64,000 nt of DNA from Actinomycetes bacterium (GTDB taxonomy: Bacteria; Actinomycetota; Actinomycetes; S36-B12; UBA5976): positions 11,440-75,439 of the forward strand of contig JAYQPE010000003.1 of the NCBI GenBank assembly GCA_038145175.1, given 5' to 3'. The position numbers and the translations under genes are program-made. Position 1 is the first letter of the stretch. The number at the start of each line of letters is the position of its first letter. The notes beneath the pieces are model-generated. The model was not told where the DNA came from. It did not search any database and saw only the letters and a list, made by a program, of their open reading frames with translations. Positions 50,560 to 60,860 of the stretch are shown here, piece after piece.

Positions 50560-51483
50560 TTACTTAAAAACCTCTGCAACGCGCTTTAAACTCGATGCCA
50601 AATCTTGCGGATATGGTGAGTCAAATGTCACTTCTGCACCAGTTCTTGGATGTTTGAATGTTAATGATGTTGCGTGAAGCCATTGGCGAGTAAGTCCAAG
50701 TTTTTCCGCTAATTTGGGATCTGCTCCATACATGGGATCTCCAACGCAAGGATGCTTGATAGCGCTCATGTGAACTCTGATTTGATGAGTTCTGCCAGTT
50801 TCTAATTCTATTTTTAATAGTGAAGCGTAGGGAAAAGCTTCCAACGTTTCATAATGAGTAACGCTTTCTCTTCCGCCTTGCACAATTGCATATTTGTAAT
50901 TTTCTTGCGGATGTCGACTTATAGGTGCATCTATAGTTCCGCTGGACGGATCAGGATGACCTTGCACTAAAGCATGGTAAACCTTTTTAACAGTTCTAGT
51001 TCTAAATGATTCTTTTAAATTTTCATATGCAAAATCACTTTTTGCAACAACCATCACACCACTAGTTCCAACATCTAATCTTTGAACTATTCCTTGTCGT
51101 TCAGGAACACCACTTGTTGAGATTCGATGTCCCTTAGCAGAAATAGATGCAGTTACAGTTGGACCTTCCCAACCGGGACTTGCATGAGCTGCAACTCCAA
51201 ATGGTTTATCAACCACAACAATGTCATCATCTGAATATAAAACTTTTATATCAATTACTTGATCTTTTGGATCAACTATAGTTTTTTCTATTGGTTTGTA
51301 ATCAATTTCATCACTTAAATTCAATCTATAAGATTTAGAAGCAATTTTACCGTTTACAAAAACAGCACCGGCATCAATATCTGAAGCAACTTTAGTTCTA
51401 GAAATTTCAAGATTTGTTGACAAAAATGAATCAATTCTTAAACCAACTTGGTTCTCCTCGATATGAATTAAATAACTAGTCAT
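50560..51483 (-). CDS. rluD: RluA-family 23S rRNA pseudouridine synthase (RluD-like, with S4 domain)
   Basis: 307 aa. N-terminal S4-like RIDSFLS, catalytic QRLDVGTSGVMVVAK, and GRTHQIRVH. Confidence 0.88.
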   Translation of the reverse strand: MTSYLIHIEENQVGLRIDSFLSTNLEISRTKVASDIDAGAVFVNGKIASKSYRLNLSDEIDYKPIEKTIVDPKDQVIDIKVLYSDDDIVVVDKPFGVAAHASPGWEGPTVTASISAKGHRISTSGVPERQGIVQRLDVGTSGVMVVAKSDFAYENLKESFRTRTVKKVYHALVQGHPDPSSGTIDAPISRHPQENYKYAIVQGGRESVTHYETLEAFPYASLLKIELETGRTHQIRVHMSAIKHPCVGDPMYGADPKLAEKLGLTRQWLHATSLTFKHPRTGAEVTFDSPYPQDLASSLKRVAEVFK

Positions 51484-52012
51484 TTATTTTCTTTTTATAA
51501 GGATCTTTACCCATTAAAGTCATTATCGCAATTATCGTTGCTGAGATGCTTACAGCCATATCTGCAACATTAAATATTGCCCAATAAGGAATTTGCACAA
51601 AATCAACAACTGCACCTCTAAAAATTCCTGGACTTCTAAAAATTCTATCTATTAAATTTCCAATTGCTCCGCCTAAAAGTGCTCCAAAGCAAATTGCCCA
51701 AACTCTATTTTCAATTTTTTTACCTGTTTTCCAAATAATTATGGAAATAACAAAGGCAAGGATTGTAAAAATTAAAGTTGCATTAGTACCAAAACCAAAG
51801 GCAGCCCCAGGATTTCTTATGAAGGTGAATTGAAGAATTGGACCAACTCTTTCTCCAAATAAAGCAGGAACCAGAATCACATTATCTCTATTTTCTAAAG
51901 TAGCTACTGCGATTAATTTAGTTATTTGATCAATGATGATTATCGATAATGCGATCTTTAGCATCAAGGCTTGTAAATGTGTGCGACTCTTCACCTTGAT
52001 ATCACCACACAT
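51476..52012 (-). CDS. lspA: Lipoprotein signal peptidase II
   Basis: NPGAAFG and IFNVADMAV catalytic-Asp motifs, with four TM segments. The true start may be the internal ATG at 51964. Confidence 0.88.
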   Translation of the reverse strand: MCGDIKVKSRTHLQALMLKIALSIIIIDQITKLIAVATLENRDNVILVPALFGERVGPILQFTFIRNPGAAFGFGTNATLIFTILAFVISIIIWKTGKKIENRVWAICFGALLGGAIGNLIDRIFRSPGIFRGAVVDFVQIPYWAIFNVADMAVSISATIIAIMTLMGKDPYKKKIND

Positions 52013-52082
52013 TTAAGTTGTCTCATAAACTACGAGAGTACAGTTTTTCTTTTAACTTACTTGAAAGCAGGATGGTGTAAGC

Positions 52083-55000
52083 GTGTATCGCGAGGTTTCT
52101 AACCGCATCGATTTGCCTGCCATGGAGAGAGAAGTCATTGATTTCTGGCAAAAAAATGATGTTTTCCATAAATCACTAAATCAACGAGATGAAAATAAAC
52201 GTTGGGTTTTCTATGAAGGACCTCCAACAGCAAACGGCATGCCCGGAGCACATCACGTTGAAGCAAGAGTTTTTAAAGATGTATTTCCAAGATTTAAAGC
52301 AATGCAAGGTTATTACGTTCCCCGACAAGCAGGTTGGGATTGCCACGGATTACCAGTTGAATTAGCGGTTGAAAAAGAATTAGGTTTTAGTGGAAAAAAT
52401 GATATTGAAAAATATGGTGTTGCAGAATTTAACGCAAAGTGTAAGGAATCTGTTTTAAGAAATGTAAACGAATTCGCCCTTATGACTTCTCGAATGGGTT
52501 ACTGGGTTGATTTTGATAAAGCATATTGGACAATGTCTAGTTCATACATTGAATCTGTTTGGTGGTCTTTAAAAGAAATTCACAATAAAGGATTACTAGT
52601 TTCTGATTTTAGAGTTAGTCCCTATTGTCCAAGATGTGGAACTGGTTTATCAGATCACGAATTAGCACTGGGATATGAAACTATTACAGATCAATCTATT
52701 TATTTAAGATTTCCTGTTACCACAGAATCTTGGAAGAAAAAATATAAAAATTTATCGCTTTTGGTTTGGACCACCACTCCTTGGACTGTGATAAGTAATA
52801 CAGCTGCAGCTGTAGGCCCAGAAATCGATTATGTAGTAGTTGCAATAGCAGATGAACATTTGATTGTTGCAAAAGAACTAATCGAAGTATTAGGTGAAGA
52901 TGTTAAAGTTAAAGAGCAATTAAAGGGTAAAGATTTAGAGGCAATTACTTATCAAGCACCTTTTGGTAATGAATTATTTGAAGATAAAACAAACAAATTT
53001 TTACATGCTGTATTACTTGCAGATTATGTAACAACTGATGATGGAACAGGCATCGTTCATCAATCCCCTGCATTTGGTGCTGAAGATATGCAAGTCTGTA
53101 GAAAATATGGATTACCAGTGATTAATCCTGTTAAAGCAGATGGCCATTTTGATACTTACACACCAATTGTTGCCGGCCAATTCTTTAAAAAAGCAGATAA
53201 AGATATTGTTAAAGATTTAAAAAAACGAGAACTCCTATATAAAGAAGTTGCTTACGAACATCAGTATCCTCACTGTTGGAGATGTCATACTCCCTTAATG
53301 TATTACGCTCAACCATCTTGGTACATAAAAACTACTTCGATTAAAAGTCAGTTAATGCGTGAAAATGAAAACACAAATTGGTTTCCAGAAACAATAAAAC
53401 ATGGCAGATATGGTGATTGGCTAAACAACAACATTGATTGGGCGCTATCTCGAAATAGATATTGGGGAACTCCCCTTCCAATTTGGATATGTGAAGAAAA
53501 ACATCAAACTGCGATTGGTTCTTTAAAAGAATTGAGTGATTTATCTGGTCAAGATGTTTCTACTTCTGATCCACACAGACCATTTGTTGATGACATAACA
53601 ATTACCTGTCCAAAGTGTAAAAATATTGCCAAAAGAGTTCCTGAAGTAATTGATTGCTGGTATGACTCAGGAGCTATGCCATTTGCACAATTAAATTATC
53701 CTCAACAAAATCAAGAACTTTTTAAAAAGAATTATCCTGCAGATTTTATTTGTGAAGCAATAGATCAAACTCGTGGTTGGTTTTACACACTTATGGCTGT
53801 TGGAACCTTAGTTTTCGATAAGTCTTCCTATAAAAATGTTGTAACCCTTGGACACATCTTGGATGAAAAAGGTCGCAAGATGAGTAAACATCTAGGAAAT
53901 GTTTTAGAACCAATTGCGTTAATGGATGAACATGGTGCCGATTCTCTTCGCTGGTTCATGCTTGCTTCTGGTTCACCGTGGCAAGCAAGAAGAGTAGGTC
54001 ATGCTTCAATTCAAGAAGTAACGAGAAAAGTACTTTTAACTTATTGGAATACTGTTTCTTTTCTTTCACTTTATACTCGTTTATCAGATTACGTTCCAGG
54101 ATCTTTGAATGTAAAAAGAAGTGACAGGCCAGAAATTGATCAATGGTTGCTTGGACTTGTTGATGATGCAATCATTCAAGTAACTCAAGCTTTAGAAAAT
54201 TTTGACACTCAAAAAGCAGGAAAAGTTCTTTTTGATGTTGTTGACGATATGTCTAATTGGTATGTCAGAAGAAATAGAAGAAGATTTTGGGATGCAGATC
54301 CTCTAGCTTTAGATACTTTGCACGAAGCTTTAAAAAAGATTACTTTAATTATGGCACCATTTGTGCCATTTATTACTGAAAAAGTTTGGCAAGAAATGTT
54401 TAAAACCACTACAGATAAAAATATTGATTCAGTTCATTTAGCAAATTGGCCTGTTGTTAATAAATCAGATATTCGCTATGACCTGATTGAAAGCATGGGT
54501 TTAATAAGAAGATTGGTTGAACTTGGCCGAGGAGCAAGAGCTGAAGCAAAAGTTAAAAACCGTCAACCTTTAGCAAAAGCATTAGTTTCTGCCAAGAATT
54601 GGGACAAAGTTGCTCAGGACCTTAAAGACCAATTAGCTGAAGAATTAAACATTTTGCAAGTGCAATCTTTAAGTCAAACTCAAGATTTAGTAAACGTAAG
54701 CGTAAAAGCAAACTTTCGAACTCTAGGTGCTCGATTTAGTAAAGAAACTCCGCAAATCGCTAAAACTATTACAGAATTAGATCCTGTGGAGCTTGTAACA
54801 AAATTGCGTCAAAGTAATTCATACCTTGTCAAAATTGGGGGTAACGAATTTGAGATCAATTCTGACGATGTAATCATTACTGAAACCCCGCGAGAGGGTT
54901 GGTCTGTAATGACTCAAGATGGCGAAACCATTGCTTTGGATTTAACTATTACTAAAGAGTTAAGAAGTCTTGGTCTTTCTAGAGAAGTTATAAGACTTAT

Positions 55001-55217
55001 ACAAGAAACCAGAAAAAACAGTGGTTTTGATGTCTCAGATCGAATTGATGTTAAATATTCATCCTCAAATAAAGAACTTCTTCAGGCAGTTTCAGAACAC
55101 CTTGAAGTTATTAAAAATGAAGTTTTGGCAATTAATTTTGACTTAGAAAAAGATTTAGCTGATACATCAGCAATAGAAGAAGAGTTAAATCTTAAGATTT
55201 TATTAAGTAAGAATTAG
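52083..55217 (+). CDS. ileS: Isoleucine--tRNA ligase
   Basis: 1044 aa with PPTANGMPGAHHVEARV (HIGH region), KMSKHLGN, and a CP1 editing domain. GTG start preceded by AGGA. Confidence 0.96.
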   Translation: MYREVSNRIDLPAMEREVIDFWQKNDVFHKSLNQRDENKRWVFYEGPPTANGMPGAHHVEARVFKDVFPRFKAMQGYYVPRQAGWDCHGLPVELAVEKELGFSGKNDIEKYGVAEFNAKCKESVLRNVNEFALMTSRMGYWVDFDKAYWTMSSSYIESVWWSLKEIHNKGLLVSDFRVSPYCPRCGTGLSDHELALGYETITDQSIYLRFPVTTESWKKKYKNLSLLVWTTTPWTVISNTAAAVGPEIDYVVVAIADEHLIVAKELIEVLGEDVKVKEQLKGKDLEAITYQAPFGNELFEDKTNKFLHAVLLADYVTTDDGTGIVHQSPAFGAEDMQVCRKYGLPVINPVKADGHFDTYTPIVAGQFFKKADKDIVKDLKKRELLYKEVAYEHQYPHCWRCHTPLMYYAQPSWYIKTTSIKSQLMRENENTNWFPETIKHGRYGDWLNNNIDWALSRNRYWGTPLPIWICEEKHQTAIGSLKELSDLSGQDVSTSDPHRPFVDDITITCPKCKNIAKRVPEVIDCWYDSGAMPFAQLNYPQQNQELFKKNYPADFICEAIDQTRGWFYTLMAVGTLVFDKSSYKNVVTLGHILDEKGRKMSKHLGNVLEPIALMDEHGADSLRWFMLASGSPWQARRVGHASIQEVTRKVLLTYWNTVSFLSLYTRLSDYVPGSLNVKRSDRPEIDQWLLGLVDDAIIQVTQALENFDTQKAGKVLFDVVDDMSNWYVRRNRRRFWDADPLALDTLHEALKKITLIMAPFVPFITEKVWQEMFKTTTDKNIDSVHLANWPVVNKSDIRYDLIESMGLIRRLVELGRGARAEAKVKNRQPLAKALVSAKNWDKVAQDLKDQLAEELNILQVQSLSQTQDLVNVSVKANFRTLGARFSKETPQIAKTITELDPVELVTKLRQSNSYLVKIGGNEFEINSDDVIITETPREGWSVMTQDGETIALDLTITKELRSLGLSREVIRLIQETRKNSGFDVSDRIDVKYSSSNKELLQAVSEHLEVIKNEVLAINFDLEKDLADTSAIEEELNLKILLSKN

Positions 55218-55699
55218 TTATTCTCTGGAGCGCTAGTAATAACATTTACAGGATTTGTGTCTTCTGCAGATTTATCCAGCTCTACACCTAAATCATTGAG
55301 CATTCCTGACAACCAATTTCTCAATCTGTTTCTGTATTCGATTTCAATTGCTTCTAGTTTCTTGATTTGAGCTTCAATTTGAGCTTTTTCACTTTCCACA
55401 CCTGAAGAAATTGCAGCTGCTCTTGCTCTTGCATCTCTAACTAATCTTTCTGCTTCGTTAGTTGCTGCAGTCAATGCTTGTTGAGCCAAAGTTAAAACTT
55501 CAACAGGAGATCTAGTTTCAATAGTTTGCCCACCTGTAGAAGTACTGCCACTTCTTGCAAGTTCTAATTCATTATGTAGATGTTCTAATTCTCTTTGTAC
55601 TTTTTCAAGAAACTCATCAACCTGAGTTACGTCATATCCCATTTTGAAGCGGGTGGTATCGAAAACAACGTTTTCAATATCTTCAGGTGTTAATGCCAT
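55214..55699 (-). CDS. divIVA: DivIVA-domain cell-division/polar-growth protein (Wag31-like, short)
   Basis: MALTPEDIENVVFDTTRFKMGYDVTQVDEFLEKV is the DivIVA N-terminal domain, followed by a coiled coil. Last gene of the ftsZ...divIVA cluster. Confidence 0.82.
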   Translation of the reverse strand: MALTPEDIENVVFDTTRFKMGYDVTQVDEFLEKVQRELEHLHNELELARSGSTSTGGQTIETRSPVEVLTLAQQALTAATNEAERLVRDARARAAAISSGVESEKAQIEAQIKKLEAIEIEYRNRLRNWLSGMLNDLGVELDKSAEDTNPVNVITSAPENN

Positions 55700-55759
55700 T
55701 TGCTCTCCGTTGTTTTGAACTAACCCTTAATCTACCCGATTTTTATATATCTATTAACA

Positions 55760-56035
55760 CTAGAGGGATGCCACGATACTCATTGCAATTTGAATCAAGA
55801 TGATTACGATCAAAAAAGATAAATCTAGTGAAATAGAACCAATTCGAAGTGGTGGAACAAATCTTCTAAAAAACTTTAATGGTGGATCAGTTAAGGAATA
55901 AATGAATTCAACTAGAACCAAGATGAAACCAGATGGTTTCCATGATCTTGCAAACATTTGCACATAATCAAAGACCAAACGGCCAATCATTACTAAAAGG
56001 TAAAGCCAAAGTATTTGATAAATAAGAGATCCCAT
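55760..56035 (-). CDS. YggT-family membrane protein
   Basis: 91 aa with two TM helices, between sepF and divIVA as in actinobacteria and Firmicutes. Confidence 0.8.
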   Translation of the reverse strand: MGSLIYQILWLYLLVMIGRLVFDYVQMFARSWKPSGFILVLVEFIYSLTDPPLKFFRRFVPPLRIGSISLDLSFLIVIILIQIAMSIVASL

Positions 56036-56050
56036 TAATTACTAGTGTAA

Positions 56051-56548
56051 TTAGACTTGATTAAAGAAGCCATCTTGAGCGACTTGTTGGCGAGCTTCTG
56101 CCCCTAAGTCCACATTGGCTGGTGAAATCAAGAACACCGAATTGGTAACTCTTTCGATTGTGCCTCGAAGCGCAAATGCCAAACCTGAAGCAAAATCAAG
56201 AATTCTTTTTTGATCACTTGGATCCATCTCGGAAAGATTAATAATGACCGGTGTTCCTTCACGATATTCTTCACCAATTCGTCTTGCATCATTAAATGCT
56301 CTTGGATGCAAAGTTGTAATTCTGGTTAATGGTTCTGCAACAACTGGTTTCATTTGTGGAGCAACACGAACTTCAGGACGTTCTGCTAAAGCGGTTGCGC
56401 CATTTGTTGAAAATGCTCGTGGAGTTGGTGTCCAACGAGGAGCAACTTCTTCTTCGTAAATCTCTTCGACTTCTTCACTTAATAAATTATTTTGATTATC
56501 TTCAACTAAACCTAAATAGACTGCCATTTTTCGAAAACCTTGTGGCAT
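56051..56548 (-). CDS. sepF: Cell division protein SepF
   Basis: 165 aa. N-terminal membrane-targeting MAVYLGLVED and a C-terminal FtsZ-binding domain (TPVIINLSEMD...RILDFASGLAFAL). Confidence 0.9.
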   Translation of the reverse strand: MPQGFRKMAVYLGLVEDNQNNLLSEEVEEIYEEEVAPRWTPTPRAFSTNGATALAERPEVRVAPQMKPVVAEPLTRITTLHPRAFNDARRIGEEYREGTPVIINLSEMDPSDQKRILDFASGLAFALRGTIERVTNSVFLISPANVDLGAEARQQVAQDGFFNQV

Positions 56549-56623
56549 CTTTTCCTCCTGTTGTGTCTTAGTTCCTAATCAGAACCAATGGGACACATGT
56601 TGCAAATGTGACTAAAGTCAAAG

Positions 56624-57328
56624 TTACCCGATTTTTGGCCTTTCCCCGAGTAAGGCTGACCCAATTCGAAGGTGTGTCGCGCCATGCGAGACAGCCTCTT
56701 CCAAGTCTTCACTCATACCTGCTGAAAGCATTTTGGCTAACGGATAAGACTTCAAGAATTCTTGTTGAATTTTCGAAAGCTTTATAAATGCTTCTTTTGA
56801 AACCATATGCAAGGGTGCAACGCTCATAAGTCCTGCAAGTTCTAAATTTGGGCAATTTGAAATTTCTTGAGCCAGTTCAGTTAAGTTTGCAGGATTAACT
56901 CCCCCTCTATTTTCATCATCTTGAGAATCATCAAGATCGATTTGAATCAATACTTTTTGTATTTTGTTTATTTTTTGACTCATTTTTTGTATTTCTTTAA
57001 CTAAAGATAAGCGGTCTACCGAATGGATAAAATCTGCATACTGCACTACCGATTTAACTTTGTTTGTTTGTAATTGACCCACGAAATGCCAAGTGAACCT
57101 ATTTGTTACTTCTTGAAATTTGTGACTAGCCTCTTGATCCTTATTTTCTCCAACATGTTCGATTCCTAAGTTTTTCAACAAATCAATATCTTTAGCTGGG
57201 TAAGTTTTTGTAATTGCAATAATCGTTATTTCAGACGTATTTCTGCCTGATCTTTTGCACGCATCGTTTATTCTATTTTGAATTTTTTGATAATTTTGAA
57301 ATATTTCTTCTTGCCGGGATTGGTTCAT
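56624..57328 (-). CDS. YggS-family pyridoxal-phosphate homeostasis protein
   Basis: 234 aa with IIAITKTY (PLP lysine), HFVGQLQTNK and SAGMSEDLEEAVSHGATHLRIGSALLG. Confidence 0.88.
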   Translation of the reverse strand: MNQSRQEEIFQNYQKIQNRINDACKRSGRNTSEITIIAITKTYPAKDIDLLKNLGIEHVGENKDQEASHKFQEVTNRFTWHFVGQLQTNKVKSVVQYADFIHSVDRLSLVKEIQKMSQKINKIQKVLIQIDLDDSQDDENRGGVNPANLTELAQEISNCPNLELAGLMSVAPLHMVSKEAFIKLSKIQQEFLKSYPLAKMLSAGMSEDLEEAVSHGATHLRIGSALLGERPKIG

Positions 57329-58053
57329 TCGCTCAACCAGGCTACGGTTGCATTTCTTCCTGTCACGGAATCTCTTCTAAAGGAAAATAAGTCTTTGTTT
57401 TCAAAAGTACAAATATTTAAATCGGTAGTTTTAATTTGATATTTTGCTAATTGTGTCTTTATCCCTTTTTTTATATCAACAGCATATTCACCATTTGAAA
57501 GGATTACTGCAGCAGAAGGTTCTACTGCTTTCACTTCTTCATAACGTTCTTTGGTAGCAGAAAAATTTTTAGCACTAATTGTTGGTCCAATAATTGCTTT
57601 CATGTTTTGAGTTTCAGCACCCAAATCAAGCATTCCTTCAACTGAATTTTCTACAACACCAACCAACATGCCTTGCCAACCAGCATGTATAACTCCAACC
57701 ACGTGAGCAATTGGATCAACTAAAACAATTGGTGCACAATCTGCAGACATAATTACCAATCCAAGATTTGTTTCTCTAGTTACTAAGGCGTCTGTATCTT
57801 TATGAATAATTGGATACTCCGATTTAACGTTAACAACATGTGGGGAGTGCGTTGCCCCGATAAAAACTAGTGGCATTTCTAAAAATTCTGAAAGTATTTC
57901 TCGATTCCTATTTACATGTTCAAGATTGTCTTCAACATGATCTGCGATGTTTAAAGAGTCATAAGGGCTTTTACTAACTCCCCCATGTCGACCAAAAAAA
58001 CTCCAATGAGCTTTGCCTTGTTTGCCAGAAGAAATCGGTGTTAGCACCGACAT
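57325..58053 (-). CDS. pgeF: Peptidoglycan editing factor PgeF / YfiH (laccase-domain) protein
   Basis: 242 aa with DALVT, SADCAPIVL and HAGWQG motifs. Conserved neighbour of ftsZ. Confidence 0.85.
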   Translation of the reverse strand: MSVLTPISSGKQGKAHWSFFGRHGGVSKSPYDSLNIADHVEDNLEHVNRNREILSEFLEMPLVFIGATHSPHVVNVKSEYPIIHKDTDALVTRETNLGLVIMSADCAPIVLVDPIAHVVGVIHAGWQGMLVGVVENSVEGMLDLGAETQNMKAIIGPTISAKNFSATKERYEEVKAVEPSAAVILSNGEYAVDIKKGIKTQLAKYQIKTTDLNICTFENKDLFSFRRDSVTGRNATVAWLSE

Positions 58054-58060
58054 AATTTAT

Positions 58061-59212
58061 CTACTTTAGAAAATCCGGAACATCAAGATCATCACTTTCC
58101 ATGTCGTCAAAAACGACACGTCTTGGTGTTGATGCTGTGGTTGCGTTAAAGGTTGATCCAACAACAGATTGTGGGCCTGTGTCATCAGATTTTTTTGAAA
58201 CAAAAGAAGGAATTTCAGGTTCACTTCTATCCACAATTGATGGAGCTGATCTTTTATTTAATAAATCTTTATCTGCAAAACCTGCAGCAATTACTGTAAC
58301 TTTTACTTCATCACCTAATGTGTCATCGATAACTGCACCAAAAATTATGTTTGCTTCTGCAGCAGCAACATTTTGAACAAGTCTTGCGGCTTCATTAATT
58401 TCAAATAACCCTAAATCTGATCCACCAGCAATAGAAAGTAGTACACCTTTTGCACCTTGAATATCTGCTTCCAAAAGTGGAGAAGCGATTGCATTTTGTG
58501 CTGCAATTGCAGCTCTATTTTCTCCACGTGCAGCACCAATTCCCATTAATGCAGTTCCTGCACCTGACATAACACTTCTTACGTCGGCAAAATCTAAATT
58601 AATCAATCCAGGTGTGGTGATTAAATCTGTAATGCCACTTACACCTTGTAATAAGACATGATCTGCTTGTCTAAATGCTTCAATAACGGAAATATTTCTG
58701 TCAGCAATTGAAAGTAAACGATCATTTGGAATTACGATTAAGGTGTCAACTTCGTTTCTTAAAGCTTCAACACCTACTTCTGCTTGGGAAATTCTTCTTT
58801 TTCCTTCAAAGTTAAATGGTTTGGTAACTACTCCAATTGTTAAAGCGCCAACTTCTTTTGCAACTCTTGCAACTACAGGAGCGCCACCTGTACCTGTTCC
58901 GCCACCTTCACCTGCGGTGACAAAAACCATGTCGGAACCTTTTAAAACATCTCTTAATTCTTCAATGTGATCTTCTGCAGCTTGTCGTCCAACTGAAGGA
59001 TCTGCACCTGCACCAAGTCCTCTGGTTAATTCACGACCAATATCAAGTTTTACATCTGCATCGCTCATCAGTAAAGCTTGAGCATCTGTATTTATGGCAA
59101 CAAATTCAACACCTTTTAAGCCAGCTTCGATCATTCGATTCACGGCATTAACGCCACCACCGCCAATACCTACAACTTTGATAACCGCTAAATAATTCTG
59201 TGGTGCGACCAC
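58061..59212 (-). CDS. ftsZ: Cell division protein FtsZ
   Basis: 383 aa with [11 protein letters not shown], the [11 protein letters not shown] tubulin signature and the C-terminal peptide [13 protein letters not shown] start preceded by AAGGGAGAA. Confidence 0.97.
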   Translation of the reverse strand: MVAPQNYLAVIKVVGIGGGGVNAVNRMIEAGLKGVEFVAINTDAQALLMSDADVKLDIGRELTRGLGAGADPSVGRQAAEDHIEELRDVLKGSDMVFVTAGEGGGTGTGGAPVVARVAKEVGALTIGVVTKPFNFEGKRRISQAEVGVEALRNEVDTLIVIPNDRLLSIADRNISVIEAFRQADHVLLQGVSGITDLITTPGLINLDFADVRSVMSGAGTALMGIGAARGENRAAIAAQNAIASPLLEADIQGAKGVLLSIAGGSDLGLFEINEAARLVQNVAAAEANIIFGAVIDDTLGDEVKVTVIAAGFADKDLLNKRSAPSIVDRSEPEIPSFVSKKSDDTGPQSVVGSTFNATTASTPRRVVFDDMESDDLDVPDFLK

Positions 59213-59284
59213 TAAGTTTCTCCCTTGGCAAAACTATTAACCTCTAGTTGAGGCTAAAAGTTTCTGTGTTAAATAAGCAAACAA

Positions 59285-59313
59285 AATTTAGGCTTGAATT
59301 CACTTGTTACCAA
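59285..59313 (-). promoter_or_regulatory. Candidate ftsZ promoter (TTGGTA-N17-TAAATT)
   Basis: The minus strand of the 207-nt divergent gap has TTGGTA (59313..59308), a 17-nt spacer and TAAATT (59290..59285), about 70 nt upstream of the ftsZ GTG. Pattern match only. Confidence 0.25.
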
Positions 59314-59419
59314 ACATGCGACTCGGCGTGTTGCGTACATATATATAGTGCAGATTTTCCACCCAACAATGAATAGAGTTTGACTTGGCAGATCTAGATT
59401 TCAAAATAAGGAGAATTTC

Positions 59420-60550
59420 ATGCTTTTGGTTGTCCCCAAAGAAACAAAAGCAGGTGAAAAACGGGTAGCTGCCACTCCTTCTACTTTAAATAAATTAATC
59501 AAACTTGGTTTTGAAATTCATATTGAAAAAGATGCAGGTTTACCTTCTTTATATCCCGATAATGAGTACGAAAAAAATGGGGCAAAAATTGTTTCAGATA
59601 TAACAAGTTCAATCAAGAATGCTGATGTCATTGCTTCAGTTTCTATTTTAAATTCAAATTTAGCAAAAAATTTAAAACCTGGAGCAATCTGTTTATCTTT
59701 TGCGCAAGCAAAAAGAGATAAAGAAAATATTAGAGAAATAATGAATGCCAAAGCTACACTCTTATCATTTGATTTTGTACCAAGAATTTCGCGCGCTCAA
59801 AGTGCGGATGCATTAACTTCCCAAGCAACTGTCTCTGGTTACCACACGATGGTTACTGCAGCTTCACTGTTACCAAAAATGTTTCCTTTAGTAATGACAG
59901 CATCTGGAACCATACGTCCGTCAAAAGTTCTAGTAATTGGTGCAGGTGTTGCTGGACTTCAAGTCATGGCAACCGCTAAAAAACTTGGAGCAATTGTTTC
60001 TGGATATGACGTAAGGACTGCAAGTAAAGATGAAGTTAAATCAGTTGGTGCAACTTTTATTGAACTAGATTTACCTGTAGTTGAAGGTTCTGGTGGTTAT
60101 GCAAAAGAAATGGATCAAGAACGAACTAAATTACAGCAGGAATTATTAACTCCTCACATCAGTGCAACTGATGTTTTAATCACAACGGCAGCAGTTCCAG
60201 GAAGACCTGCCCCAAGATTAGTTACTTCAAAAATGCTTGCTGGAATGAAACCTGGTTCTGTGATTGCAGACATGGCCGCAGAAAATGGAGGAAATGTCGA
60301 AGGTTCTGTTGCAGGACAAGTTATAGAAGTCAATGGTGTAAAAATTTGGGGAGGCCAAAATATCGCCTCAGAAATGGCTCCAGATGCATCATTCTTATAT
60401 TCAGGAAACGTTATTTCACTTCTTTCTTTCTTGGTTAAAGAATCAAAAATAGTCTTAGACAAAAATGACGAGGTAATTTCTGGAAGCGCTCTAATCATCG
60501 ATGGTCAAATTACAAATGAATTTGTTAAAACAGAATTGACTCAGGGGTGA
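59420..60550 (+). CDS. pntAA: NAD(P) transhydrogenase subunit alpha part 1 (dI)
   Basis: 376 aa beginning VVPKETKAGEKRVAATP, with the Rossmann motif VLVIGAGVAGLQ. AAGGAG Shine-Dalgarno 6 nt upstream of the ATG. Confidence 0.92.
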   Translation: MLLVVPKETKAGEKRVAATPSTLNKLIKLGFEIHIEKDAGLPSLYPDNEYEKNGAKIVSDITSSIKNADVIASVSILNSNLAKNLKPGAICLSFAQAKRDKENIREIMNAKATLLSFDFVPRISRAQSADALTSQATVSGYHTMVTAASLLPKMFPLVMTASGTIRPSKVLVIGAGVAGLQVMATAKKLGAIVSGYDVRTASKDEVKSVGATFIELDLPVVEGSGGYAKEMDQERTKLQQELLTPHISATDVLITTAAVPGRPAPRLVTSKMLAGMKPGSVIADMAAENGGNVEGSVAGQVIEVNGVKIWGGQNIASEMAPDASFLYSGNVISLLSFLVKESKIVLDKNDEVISGSALIIDGQITNEFVKTELTQG

Positions 60551-60557
60551 TTATTTA

Positions 60558-60860
60558 ATGGATGCAGGTATTGCTTTATTAACGATTTTTATATTAAGTA
60601 TTTTTGTGGGATTTGAAGTTGTTTCTAAAGTTTCCACAATCTTGCACACTCCCCTAATGTCTGGAGCAAATGCAATTCATGGTGTGATCTTGGTTGGTGC
60701 AATTATTGTTACAGGTCATGCAGATTCAAATCTTGAATTATTTTTAGGTTTAGCAGCTGTTGTGCTCGCCACAATAAATATGGTTGGTGGTTTTGTTGTT
60801 ACAGACAGAATGCTTGAACTATTTAAATCAAAAAAGAATAAATCAGGTGATAATAAATGA
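60558..60860 (+). CDS. pntAB: NAD(P) transhydrogenase subunit alpha part 2 (membrane)
   Basis: 100 aa with three TM helices (TPLMSGANAIHG). 4-nt overlap with pntB. Confidence 0.88.
   Translation: MDAGIALLTIFILSIFVGFEVVSKVSTILHTPLMSGANAIHGVILVGAIIVTGHADSNLELFLGLAAVVLATINMVGGFVVTDRMLELFKSKKNKSGDNK

Noticed and set aside
52013-52082. Looked for a T-box riboswitch upstream of ileS, since actinobacterial ileS genes are classic T-box targets.
   Set aside because: Only about 70 nt are available, or about 118 nt if lspA starts at 51964. The nearest resemblance to the T-box sequence (AGGAUGGUGUAAGCG versus AGGGUGGNACCGCG) is poor, and I could not build a specifier loop or antisequestrator. A covariance-model scan would be decisive. 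I cannot support the call.
56594-56620. Two small inverted repeats just after the yggS stop and upstream of sepF: CACATGTTGCAAATGTG and the palindrome TGACTAAAGTCA (56609..56620).
   Set aside because: The arms are short (5 bp) in AT-rich sequence. I noticed no second copy elsewhere in the window and no associated known operator motif.
59316-59348. Mini-ORFs in the ftsZ/pntAA gap: MRLGVLRTYI on the + strand and a 23-codon ORF on the - strand.
   Set aside because: There are no RBSs, the ORFs are very short, and the composition is unremarkable. They are indistinguishable from chance.
59380-59407. TTGACT-N16-CAAAAT promoter-like pattern upstream of pntAA.
   Set aside because: The predicted transcription start would fall inside or after the strong AAGGAG Shine-Dalgarno sequence (59408..59413) only 5-6 nt from the ATG, which is inconsistent with use of that sequence. 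The -10 match is poor.
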